Shown here: positions 10,901 to 18,358 of the stretch, piece by piece
How positions within the stretch are numbered: the first letter of the stretch is position 1
Layout of the letters: the number at the start of each line of letters is the position of its first letter
IMG/VR virus record: IMGVR_UViG_3300021431_000120
Span: 4,744 to 68,743 of that record
DNA from: a virus
Lineage: Duplodnaviria; Caudoviricetes
DNA length: 64,000 bases
Strand: one strand, 5' to 3'
Notes under the pieces: model-generated
The model's database searches: none
The model's input: the letters and a program-made list of their open reading frames with translations, nothing else
Told to the model about the DNA's origin: nothing
Made by a program: the position numbers and the translations under genes

Positions 10901-10995
10901 TTCCCTTCGAGCGGTTTAATTGCGGATGAAACTCTATTCGCGGCGTCTTGAAACGCTTTCTCGATGTCAACTACTACCGGTATTTCAACTGCCAT
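4924..10995 (-). CDS. Tail tape measure protein
   Basis: 2023-aa mostly helical/coiled-coil ORF. It has a tape-measure core (SPFEIKDLVSYTKQLSAY...LILAYGQVRAASVLRGQELRQFTEAG) and follows the tail tube and chaperone genes. Confidence 0.93.
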   Translation of the reverse strand: MAVEIPVVVDIEKAFQDAANRVSSAIKPLEGKIRQETKDLELKVGVDVVGEGKDKEFIDRIKTVNELLTVTRKEIDGVVKYSMSSFEELSEGIQSAKERLQELSAIQQRYGLSSEQLGEQKSLQEAIFLLRQEIDLRSHNAELVDRQAQTTINAKRAEEERLFIIQKSATTMSQMSEKMAALQGQLQNTTIGSDEWLQLLETIKQMRTEIEQVQKDIRDLGQETGSLDALNSKLQDLQKEFSSMGKVKLFDAEGNPTAELERLQKEYADTREESEKIAEALHAEYDARKRAREEAEKEAEARKREAAEKARLREEGLKLRDTLNMEAKSMNDLNAKLAAWRQVLNAAEIDSPEWRDAAIHIRELSEEIAKVNTELKAIGLSSKNIDRTNATIQRLTESWNSLDFNKKWDGGAMTSEARAIYDYYKAMVKKLQEQGVSMEQILQKEQSRKKKAEELQNVYKRENAILNSTVNTISLLQEKERILSSRLSKAVIGSSRYERLKQELERVRAELAKVNGEVDKTDSKLENLVKNSIRLIGLHAAGRFVRNVREVTAEFELQRVSLGSIIQDTERAESLFRKIKAAAIESPFEIKDLVSYTKQLSAYQIETDKLFDTTKKLADVSAGLGVDMGRLILAYGQVRAASVLRGQELRQFTEAGVPLVDKLAEKFSELRGEMVSTGEVFQLISERAVPFRMIEEIFNDMTSAGGIFYKMQEKQAKTLAGQWANLKDAASIMYDEIGNTEGVHQAMEDIIALTRSMLKHWRDWASVIKVVGSGLLTYYGIAKSVAGVTKLAAKATAEASAAESIREKGMRRFITSLIGKTTAEKISTAATDAHTWAMGRARVATTALSKAMWGLAAAMLKTPFGAIAVVVGSLIALFGSLSKKTHDINQSIDQATASIEAFNRTTKDTAQMIDEYEELSKKEKLTADEAKKLRDISRDLSNIFPKTTEGINQQTGALTLNIAKLREYNEQAEKALRKGMESEIKENAKQIRKNQKEIDKLTKQSNRGWARNKGIGLLSPIPVPMSSKQYKENAQAIVKLTDENSKLSKTNQELEDTLNGVTTAASKSAKETATWQDKLIEFNSRVDKEGKAIITISPDQIKNYTNLSDALEDIAKKYKEYDEQEKALTASIKGKTGAEKEELQGMLDRTTARKKLAKEELDYYNAFYLTQKKSGGRDDHLQRLRNQINDITNAYKKFIELRKYETKGKALLDIATFFPALKGWEPTYENMVTALETMLTQYKGDADATRIIEQAIANIKFDKVKHNLDESLKQLSEEIKRSETARNFFNNILELTGDNDLAATMSMSVYGQPGEEFKERVQRELYEALNSIDPKMIDKGLLAQLVGDTTTLDFDDLYAHLNELPDNVAQVIKRLRGEVEKYNDSLVLSLLKSLQKSKTYGEKQVEIARQSAKRIAQINSLTVDDSTKNRFLKQNAKKEAEETAKLQYEAFKDTPMYIELFANLDTASATMLKNMRNNLAAMKDEWKDLDLAPTELKELQSRINELDQQLARRNPIKAFVQSLKEYRKLTVTQSRKEADTNAVLATNRMEDEKRQLELLKKEYESLPAGSAAAEEAKAKMEAQAAVTDLAIEEAKAAQKTANKYREASKHIMDAADSMREWSGYVNDALGGIGEIVSTFASDDTAETFDIIASGIGKTMSGATDMATGIGKALSGDVIGGTAQAIKGLGSMISGIFGTGQQLKIKRINKQIEEQDRLITAMEYNYNRLGKAMEDAFGSDYIYNYNKQLEALRAQMEAYQKQAQLESQKGKKKDQKKIEEYNNAARDVQDQITDMEGQLAEFMSGTDLTSAAKDFAESWIEAYKQFGSTTDAMKEKFKDMVENMVVNSLAAQLIQSVLRPVFDAIDTASKDGELTAQEIGGISAMLPERMEMIDASMNNMMNELLAAGVNLRDQAGSMTGISRDIAGASEESILGLTAGINTQNFYMQHIDMNVAMILSTLTGGTTTAGSGTTGEYVDPYKDQMLAYVGTLPQMRDEMASIRAMLERVIRPVGAAATYYVSARM

Positions 10996-11302
10996 ATTTC
11001 TCTTGTTTTATAATGTGTTCTTGAATTTCTTCCAAAGTCTCTGGCTTCTTCTTTCGTTTTACTCCGATTCCGAAGCCAGCCATGATGTCTCGGATTTCCT
11101 CGTCAGACTTAACAGTCTCTTCCCACGTCACCACCGATTCTTTTTCTGTCCTTTCGTAATCATAGTCGAAGTATCCCTTATCCAGTAACAAAAATGTTAC
11201 ATAATTTGCGGAATCGAGATACCAATACCTTAACCATGACCAGAAATTATAGTTTCCATAGACATGCTTTATCTTTTCGTTGTGGGTTGCTTCATCGAAC
11301 AT
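10985..11302 (-). CDS. Second tail assembly chaperone ORF (T-like; possible frameshift extension)
   Basis: 105 aa, between the chaperone and tape measure genes, in the -1 frame relative to the upstream ORF. Confidence 0.6.
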   Translation of the reverse strand: MFDEATHNEKIKHVYGNYNFWSWLRYWYLDSANYVTFLLLDKGYFDYDYERTEKESVVTWEETVKSDEEIRDIMAGFGIGVKRKKKPETLEEIQEHIIKQEKYGS

Positions 11303-11307
11303 GGAGG

Positions 11308-11835
11308 TTATTTGTTTTCCTCCTTTATCCCCAAAGCGTCCGTTTCCAACATATTCATTACGCTTTCCAGCCGCTCTAGCGTTTGCTTGGCGGATTCGCC
11401 AACCGGCCTCATATAAAGCTCGCGTTCCTGCTTTGAGAGATCCCAGTTGGCCTTGGAAAAACCCATGTCTTCACTGATGGCCCCCGCTCCATTGATTTTG
11501 AATGTCACTTCATTCCCCCGCATCTGCAGGATTCTCCAACGAATGCTCCATAGCCACGGGCAAAATATTGCCCAATTACCCAGCAGATAATATGCGGCTT
11601 TTTTCGAATGAAGGGAATATAATTTCTTCGTTATCTTTTTTGCCTCTTTCTGAGATACCCCTTCCTTACCTCTGGCCTCCAGAACTTGTGCTTCTTGTTC
11701 CAGAAGTGCGATGCGTTTCTTGACTTCTTGAGCCACTTGACGGACCTTGTATTTCCTCCCTCCAGCCACCACGGTACAAGGAGCCTGCAATACGGTCTCA
11801 TAAGCACCATTCAAAAATCTTTCAGACTTAGTCAT
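11308..11835 (-). CDS. Tail assembly chaperone (G-like)
   Basis: 175 aa, between the tail tube and tape measure genes. A phased T-TTG-GGG heptamer lies near its 3' end. Confidence 0.6.
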   Translation of the reverse strand: MTKSERFLNGAYETVLQAPCTVVAGGRKYKVRQVAQEVKKRIALLEQEAQVLEARGKEGVSQKEAKKITKKLYSLHSKKAAYYLLGNWAIFCPWLWSIRWRILQMRGNEVTFKINGAGAISEDMGFSKANWDLSKQERELYMRPVGESAKQTLERLESVMNMLETDALGIKEENK

Positions 11836-11907
11836 GTCTATTTTAACTTAAAAAGGGCAAGCAGACCCGATTGCCTGCCTGCCCCGGTTTTGGTTTCAGA
11901 GGGTCAA

Positions 11908-12498
11908 CTACTTCTCGACAATCATACCGGTTGTGAGAACAGCCTGTCCCTGATCGTTGCGGTTGTCTACGTTCTCTGCGAGGACCACAGCGTGGATGCG
12001 ATAGAGACCGTCAGCCAGTGTCAGGTTGGCGGTAATCTTCGCCTTGGGATAAATCCATGCACGGTTGAGCTCGTCGTTGAGGACACCGATAGGACGGGTC
12101 ATAACGGGGAGAGCGGTTCCGAAACCGACAGCGGAAACGGTGTTGTCGCCAGTGTCTCCATCCCAGAACAGACCGGTGAGGGTCGTGCCAGTGATATCAA
12201 CTCCGGAGAGGAAGGTCTTCACCATGTTGGGGGAAGTGGAGGCGATATCGAAGGAGAAGCCGAGCGTACCAGCGGTGACGCGGGCGGTGATGAGGTTACC
12301 CTGCTCGTCGAGGATTTCGTCAGTGGAGACGTCCTCGCCTTCCCAGGTGGTGGAATCCTGGACTATCTGTCCAAGAGATTTGGGGTTAGTAAGGCTCGAA
12401 AGAGTCGCACCGCTATAGTCGGCGATAGCATCGAAGATTACCAAGTCGCCCTGTCCGGCGAACAATTTCTGAGCAGCTTCAAATTTAGGAATTGCCAT
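11908..12498 (-). CDS. Major tail tube protein
   Basis: 196 aa, beta-rich, with biased codon usage. Its position in the tail module and a downstream hairpin (about 11855-11890) support the call. Confidence 0.7.
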   Translation of the reverse strand: MAIPKFEAAQKLFAGQGDLVIFDAIADYSGATLSSLTNPKSLGQIVQDSTTWEGEDVSTDEILDEQGNLITARVTAGTLGFSFDIASTSPNMVKTFLSGVDITGTTLTGLFWDGDTGDNTVSAVGFGTALPVMTRPIGVLNDELNRAWIYPKAKITANLTLADGLYRIHAVVLAENVDNRNDQGQAVLTTGMIVEK

Positions 12499-12500
12499 GA

Positions 12501-12953
12501 TTATTCAGTATTAAAATTGTTGTTTGTATGCCACCGCAAGCTAAGCACGGTGGAGGAATATCCCGAAGTCTGATTCGGGGTCGTCGGAGTTATGAATTGA
12601 GGCATAGCATATTCAAAGTGATAGTTAGCAGTTATCAACTTCTCGATGAGAGTGTCGAACTGGACCAAGATGTTCTGGATACGGTTGTTTTTCACAGAGC
12701 CGTCATCATTCATCTTGCAGTACAAACCGACAGCGATATAGCCTTTGGCGAAATTGATATCCGAACCGACACCTTCCATGTCCCCATTAAGGTAAATCAC
12801 CAAGAAATCTTCGGGCAGGCCGTTGGTCGGACGCTCCCAGTCGCTGTAAACAGTGACGGTCTCCGTCGTCCCATCCGGCATCCCGACAGATACTCTCCCT
12901 CGCAGAAAATCACGAAGTTCCTGGGCGGGTTTTATGAGGGCGGGGTGCATCAT
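12501..12953 (-). CDS. Tail completion/terminator-like protein
   Basis: 150 aa directly upstream of the tail tube gene (synteny). Confidence 0.5.
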   Translation of the reverse strand: MMHPALIKPAQELRDFLRGRVSVGMPDGTTETVTVYSDWERPTNGLPEDFLVIYLNGDMEGVGSDINFAKGYIAVGLYCKMNDDGSVKNNRIQNILVQFDTLIEKLITANYHFEYAMPQFITPTTPNQTSGYSSTVLSLRWHTNNNFNTE

Positions 12954-13507
12954 CTTATTACCAAATTCTTAATTTCACTTAATCTCGATTCGATTGTACT
13001 CGCAAAGTCCCTTTCGAACTCTTCAACATACCCGGCATGGTCTGTAGTCCTATTCACCGTCTCAGCATAAGGCACTCCGATATAAAGCTGTGCTTGCAAG
13101 CCTGGGAGAAGGACGTGGGAGCCGCGATTCGCAGCCAAAAGTCCCCACTCCGTTCCATCAATCGACCCATAACGCTGGTCATATTGTAGAATCGCAGCCT
13201 TGGGTTCCATCTGGCGGATGCTGATTGTCCTGCTCCCGATTCCGACTCTTGTCGCCATACTATCATGGAGGTTTCCAGTGTACCAAGGGTAGTATTCACT
13301 TCCTCCCTTATAGCCAGACCGATAAGAAGTCCCAATGGAACTATGCGGCCAAGCATCATCCTGCTCCTTCAGCCAGTCCTCACAGGCTCTGGTTAAGATG
13401 GTCGCTCCCTGAGGCGTCAGTTTCTTACCAGCCTCCGTCAATGCGACAGAAAAGCCTTTGTAAGTCTTGCCCCAACGAGCCCTACCATTTGTTAACCTAA
13501 CAGCCAT
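12950..13507 (-). CDS. Neck/tail-completion protein
   Basis: Likely start is ATG 13507 (MAVRLTNGR), just after the stop of the upstream gene. The ORF track extends it to 13567. Confidence 0.55.
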   Translation of the reverse strand: MAVRLTNGRARWGKTYKGFSVALTEAGKKLTPQGATILTRACEDWLKEQDDAWPHSSIGTSYRSGYKGGSEYYPWYTGNLHDSMATRVGIGSRTISIRQMEPKAAILQYDQRYGSIDGTEWGLLAANRGSHVLLPGLQAQLYIGVPYAETVNRTTDHAGYVEEFERDFASTIESRLSEIKNLVIR

Positions 13508-13509
13508 AC

Positions 13510-13845
13510 CTAATTGCCTTGTGCTTGTTTGAGTTCGATTCTCGTGACCATTACGCCAGCTCTCCATGGCATATTGATGTCCCGTACTACCTTAACGACA
13601 GACTTTATTTCCCTACCGAATTCGGTGGTCACAGTCACTGCATCGTTAATCTGCACCTGGACATCCACGCCAGGAATAAAGATAGTAGGAGCCCTTGTTA
13701 TAATCGACCTGCTGTATCCGGACCCGCCTTCTTCATAAAGGCATTCTCCCGAATAAATAGTGTCTCTTACGAGGTTGTCCCACTCGTCTTTCTCCCCAGT
13801 CGCCCTGGCGATAACGCAAGTGTCACGAAAATCAATGAACTTCAT
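13510..13845 (-). CDS. Head closure/head-tail joining protein
   Basis: 111-aa beta-rich ORF in the head-tail connector position. Confidence 0.55.
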   Translation of the reverse strand: MKFIDFRDTCVIARATGEKDEWDNLVRDTIYSGECLYEEGGSGYSRSIITRAPTIFIPGVDVQVQINDAVTVTTEFGREIKSVVKVVRDINMPWRAGVMVTRIELKQAQGN

Positions 13846-14239
13846 GCCTCAAATAACTCACATCATACATTTCGCTGGAGGATTCGTCATCCTCTACGTC
13901 GAAGCCCCATTTCGCCCGAAGAGCGTCACCCATAGACTTAAACCTTGCACGGTCCGCCATCGTAATGGTATAACCGCCTCTCGTAGCACGGACATCTCCG
14001 ACTTGCTCGGAATAACCACCTCCAGCAAAAACTCCTAAAACGGAGTAATAGATTGTCGAAGATGCGTAGTCAAGCCGCTTGTGGAAATCCTCATCCGAAA
14101 GGGAAGACGAATCCACCTCCTCCTCCAGGTCGATTGCTTGTAAATCGACCTCAATCGGGCTCAGAGCAGCCCGCGCGACAACATTGTCTTGCAGGTCCAA
14201 CCCCTGCACAAGACTACGCAGATATTCTTCGACAGTCAT
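13832..14239 (-). CDS. Head-tail adaptor protein
   Basis: 135-aa ORF immediately after the major capsid gene. Confidence 0.55.
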   Translation of the reverse strand: MTVEEYLRSLVQGLDLQDNVVARAALSPIEVDLQAIDLEEEVDSSSLSDEDFHKRLDYASSTIYYSVLGVFAGGGYSEQVGDVRATRGGYTITMADRARFKSMGDALRAKWGFDVEDDESSSEMYDVSYLRHEVH

Positions 14240-14241
14240 AA

Positions 14242-15459
14242 TTACTTCGTATGGAGGATGAACATATCACGAGGACGGGTAGGAACGCACAGCACGGTGA
14301 GTTCGGAAACCCAATCCTGATACTTGGTACGAGCGTCGTAACGATATTCGATGATACCGTGTCCGCCGAAAATGGTAGTGCTGATAGCACTGGGATCCGG
14401 GCGAAGAGGAACGACGTTCTTCTTGATGCCGACCTTACCGGAAGGACGCACAAGATAGGTGTCCTTATTGAAGGCCCACAGCTTGTTGCGGACGAGTTTC
14501 TTGTTTGTGTCATCCCAAACCTCGACTCCACAGCGGGTCTTGTTGAAGATGACCTCGTCAGCGCCGACGATAGCCTTGAATGCAGCCTTGGTAGCATCGT
14601 CAGAAGCGGTCGCCGCGATAGCCTTGGCGGTGTTCTGAGCGTCAGCGGTAACACCTGCGGAAACGAGCAGGGCGGGAGAGAGCTGATAGCCGAGAGCGAT
14701 AGCCCACTTGCTGTGCTTCATATCCTCGAAGAAGGACTCTTCGTTGACCTCGACGGTCACAGAGTCGTAAACCTCCTTGGCGTCGCGAACCATCTTCTTG
14801 ATGTCGTTGACAGGGTCGGAAGCGGAGCCCTCTTCGGTCTTTGCGTCGTTGGTAAACCAGCGAGCAGTGCTAGTCAGGGTCGTGATGTTGGCCTGAGGGA
14901 TCTGGGCGCTGAAGGTGATGTTCTGAATACCGCGAGGGTTGTTGGTGTTGGTCAAAGTGACAGCACCATTGGACTTCATCTGGCCGACCTGATAGGAGAT
15001 AGAGCCGATGTGGGCGTCCTGAATCTCGGACAGACCGCCGAAGAGCAGTTTGGCGAGGTAGTTCTGGATGCTGTCAGCGGGAGACTGGTTCATGAAGGTG
15101 GCGGCTACCTGGAGGTTCTGAAGGGTAATCAGTTCCTTGCGGTAGTCGTTCTCGCCAAGTTCCCAGCGGGCTTTCTGACGAGGGATGGAGCCGGAGAGGG
15201 TGTTGAAGCCCTTGGTTCCGAGAGGAATCGGGTCGGAGTTGAGGTCTACGTAGGTAGCCATCACCTTAATCTGATCCTCGACCTCAAGCATCTTGTAGTC
15301 GAAGTCAATCTGAGGGACGTCCCACTCTTCGAAACCGATTTCATTCAGGTTCTGGTCTTCGCGACGAGAAAGAACCTGAAGGTAGTATGCCATGAAGGCG
15401 TCAGACGAGGTGATGCCATTGGAGGCCATCAAAGTGTCAAGTCCAAAATACTGATTCAT
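14242..15459 (-). CDS. Major capsid protein
   Basis: 405 aa with strong codon bias, in a portal-scaffold-decoration-capsid gene order. Confidence 0.85.
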   Translation of the reverse strand: MNQYFGLDTLMASNGITSSDAFMAYYLQVLSRREDQNLNEIGFEEWDVPQIDFDYKMLEVEDQIKVMATYVDLNSDPIPLGTKGFNTLSGSIPRQKARWELGENDYRKELITLQNLQVAATFMNQSPADSIQNYLAKLLFGGLSEIQDAHIGSISYQVGQMKSNGAVTLTNTNNPRGIQNITFSAQIPQANITTLTSTARWFTNDAKTEEGSASDPVNDIKKMVRDAKEVYDSVTVEVNEESFFEDMKHSKWAIALGYQLSPALLVSAGVTADAQNTAKAIAATASDDATKAAFKAIVGADEVIFNKTRCGVEVWDDTNKKLVRNKLWAFNKDTYLVRPSGKVGIKKNVVPLRPDPSAISTTIFGGHGIIEYRYDARTKYQDWVSELTVLCVPTRPRDMFILHTK

Positions 15460-15463
15460 AATT

Positions 15464-15835
15464 CTACTCGTTTACGAAGGTTATACCAGGAAGAAGAGCC
15501 TTAACGGCAGCAGAGACAGAAGGGATGCGTTTTGCAAGCACCTGTCCCTTGGTAACGACAGTGCCGGTAGCACCGACATTGCCGATGTAGACGTCCTCAA
15601 GAAGGAGTCCAGTCACGCCAGATTCGGGAGCGGCGGCGTCAGCAGCGAGGACAGTCGCCTCGCCACCCATCTTCGGGACATACACGACAGAGCCGGCGGG
15701 GATGGTCGTGCCCTGAGTCTGATTGTTCAGAGTGCAACCGCCCGGATAATGCTCGTCATCGTGAAGCCAAATGGGAACTTTTCCGGCAGCATAACTCTGG
15801 GAGTCTTTGTTGAAAGAGTTTCCGTAATTTTTCAT
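15464..15835 (-). CDS. Head decoration protein-like
   Basis: 123 aa between the scaffold and capsid genes. The TIPAGS...GLLLED...VVTKG pattern resembles decoration proteins. Confidence 0.6.
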   Translation of the reverse strand: MKNYGNSFNKDSQSYAAGKVPIWLHDDEHYPGGCTLNNQTQGTTIPAGSVVYVPKMGGEATVLAADAAAPESGVTGLLLEDVYIGNVGATGTVVTKGQVLAKRIPSVSAAVKALLPGITFVNE

Positions 15836-15859
15836 AGGTCACATCTTTGGGGGTTAAAC

Positions 15860-16552
15860 TTACTTTTTCTCTTCGGGGATCAGCCCTTCCGACTCGAGGT
15901 ACTTCGCCTGTTTGGAGAAGTCAAAGTTGCCATTGTTCCCGTCCGAAGATTCAAACGGCTTGGTGGCATCTGCACCTTTCCTCTGGACATACTTGTTGAA
16001 AAGCTCGGTAGCCTTTCCTGTCAGTTCCTCTTGCGTCATGCTGTCTCCCTTCGCTTCATTCAGTTGAGAAGCCATGTCCCATGCGTCATCAGCCTCCTCC
16101 TTGAACTTGGTTGTCCACTTGTTCTCGAAGAATTTTGTCTTCGCAAGGGCTTTCGCCTCCTTTGCCGAAGTCTGCGATTTAAACGTCTCGAATGCATCCT
16201 GAACTGGCTTGACGGCAGCGGCGACAGCTTCGGCCACAATCTTGGCGATATCTGGCTTCTGCTCTCCACCTTCTCCGCCTTCGCCCTCGTTGGGCTGCGT
16301 CTCGGGATGTTTTGCCTTGTAGTCGTCATGTTCGCGCTGCAGGTCGGTTCGTTTCTGAATCTCCGAGTCGCGCATCTTCTGCAACTCCTTGGCGATTAAG
16401 TCCATCGTAGCGACATCAGCAATGCCCGCTTCAATGTCCTCTTCTTTGGTGACTGTCTCTTCTTTTGCTGAGGCGATCCGGTCCCAAGCCTCATTGCTCA
16501 ATCCAAAGCTCTTGTACTTCGTCTTAAGCGCTTCCGCAATTTTCTTTTTCAT
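15860..16552 (-). CDS. Capsid scaffolding protein
   Basis: 230 aa, charged and helical with an acidic Gly linker, between portal and capsid. Confidence 0.65.
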   Translation of the reverse strand: MKKKIAEALKTKYKSFGLSNEAWDRIASAKEETVTKEEDIEAGIADVATMDLIAKELQKMRDSEIQKRTDLQREHDDYKAKHPETQPNEGEGGEGGEQKPDIAKIVAEAVAAAVKPVQDAFETFKSQTSAKEAKALAKTKFFENKWTTKFKEEADDAWDMASQLNEAKGDSMTQEELTGKATELFNKYVQRKGADATKPFESSDGNNGNFDFSKQAKYLESEGLIPEEKK

Positions 16553-16754
16553 AGGTAGAAATTTCTTTTGGGGCGAATATAATCATTATTTTTTTTGTAT
16601 CAAAAAAGTTTGGCACAAGAATTGCACAAAAATGGCGCCTCGATAATGAGACGCCGTATTTGTTTTTTGGCACATTCTTTGCTATATTTGCCATGTGACT
16701 TTTGTTATGCATTTGTACGGGAAAGAGGACGGCTGTGAAGTTCTCCTCTTTTTT

Positions 16755-18335
16755 TTATTTGTTCCTCGGCTGATTCTCCGCCTGATTTGTCACATTGGGA
16801 ACATTCGGGTCGTTCACCTCTGTCGTGGTTTTGTACTTCGCGTCAAGAGCCTTGTCTGCCTCCTTTTCCTTCATTATCTGGTCAGCATCACCGAGGTGGC
16901 TATTGCCAATATCCGACATGGTGGCCTTCCTCGACTTGACACCAGCATAATACTGGTCGAGTTCCATCTTGATGCGCTCTGACTCGTTCTGCGGTATCCA
17001 GATGTTCTGCCCACAAGACATTTTCAAATCGCCATATCTTGCAATATCGCCTTCTGCCTTTCCGACCAAACGCTTAAAGACTTCCACGAGCTGTCTTACA
17101 GGCTTAGCGTAGAATTTCCACCGGTTCTTGCACCACTGGATATCTGGAGCAAACATGATCTTGATGGTTGTGCTGCTGTCTGCTCCCTGGCGAATATCCA
17201 CCGGCTCGACCAAAGCGGACAGAGAACCGCGAAGGATATTATCCCACAAGGTGTCCAGATGAGTCTTGGAAATATTGCTCATGTCGGGAGGAGCCAGGAA
17301 TTTGGCATCAGCATGAGCCAGACTGTCCGCAGTCCCTTTTACTCCGATGGTCTTGCCGTTGACTTTAGAGGGCGGAAGATTGGTGATTTTCTCGCTCTTT
17401 AAGAACAGAATCGGGAAAGCGCTCGTTTTTGCCTCCTCTGCGACATAACTGTTTGCACGCTCATATTTACAAATGCAGTCTTGGACTGGTCCTGTAGCGA
17501 TGTCCGGGACCCAGAAATATATGACTTGCAGGATATCGTTCCCGATCTGGGATTCCTTTCTGGACAGTAATTTATATCCATCCTCGCTGACCTCGCTGAA
17601 ATTGACTCCGTTCTTAATGGTCCGGAGAACCCTAGTAAACCAATCTTTGCCGGCATCTTCGTCCGTATCGACCTTCACCCAAGTTTCCTTGTATCGGACA
17701 GTAAAGACATCGACAGCATGTTTACCATTCAAACTATATGCTCTATAAAGAGTCGGTTTCCCATCTTCGTCCACACCGGGATAGAGAGAGTCGCCTTTCT
17801 CATAAGAGAAAACCTCATAATTCAGAGAGGTCCCGTCATACCACCAATAAAGAGCGGCATCGCACTCCCTCTCAGTATATGATACGGCTTCGACCCAAGC
17901 GTCCCAGAAGCCAGCATAATCCATCCATGACTCTATCTTCTGAAAGGCTTCTTCGTCTTTATCCTCGCTCGCTACCCAGAAATTATCGCCAGTAAGATGG
18001 GCGATTTTCTTGGATACAATCATCTCTTGTATTGCCAAGGCGACAGTCTCGACATCGTCGTAGCCGTCCAAGACATACTTTGTCTTCCCGTCTTCGGTCT
18101 TTTCAGCCTTGTAGATCGGACGCTGGCTCCTGTATCTTGAATTAATCTCATGAGCAGCGGGATTAATCTCGTTCAAAAATTGGTCTTGAGTGAGATTAAC
18201 ATATCCTACTCCAAGACCGCCAGTGCGGGTCTGTCTGTATCCTATCTGGTTGCCAGCAGGAGGATACATGCTAACACTATCGGGCGTGACCCTCCGTACC
18301 CAATAGTCTTTTTTTAAATGTTCAGAAATGTTCAT
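16755..18335 (-). CDS. Portal protein
   Basis: 526 aa directly downstream of the terminase large subunit. Confidence 0.8.
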   Translation of the reverse strand: MNISEHLKKDYWVRRVTPDSVSMYPPAGNQIGYRQTRTGGLGVGYVNLTQDQFLNEINPAAHEINSRYRSQRPIYKAEKTEDGKTKYVLDGYDDVETVALAIQEMIVSKKIAHLTGDNFWVASEDKDEEAFQKIESWMDYAGFWDAWVEAVSYTERECDAALYWWYDGTSLNYEVFSYEKGDSLYPGVDEDGKPTLYRAYSLNGKHAVDVFTVRYKETWVKVDTDEDAGKDWFTRVLRTIKNGVNFSEVSEDGYKLLSRKESQIGNDILQVIYFWVPDIATGPVQDCICKYERANSYVAEEAKTSAFPILFLKSEKITNLPPSKVNGKTIGVKGTADSLAHADAKFLAPPDMSNISKTHLDTLWDNILRGSLSALVEPVDIRQGADSSTTIKIMFAPDIQWCKNRWKFYAKPVRQLVEVFKRLVGKAEGDIARYGDLKMSCGQNIWIPQNESERIKMELDQYYAGVKSRKATMSDIGNSHLGDADQIMKEKEADKALDAKYKTTTEVNDPNVPNVTNQAENQPRNK

Positions 18336-18358
18336 AGGTCAAATCGCGATTTTTAGGT

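Noticed and set aside
14251-15504. 417-aa plus-strand ORF antisense to the capsid gene (also 11686-12573 opposite the tail tube gene)
   Set aside because: Strong codon bias in highly expressed genes removes antisense stops. The translations have no recognisable motifs or expression signals.
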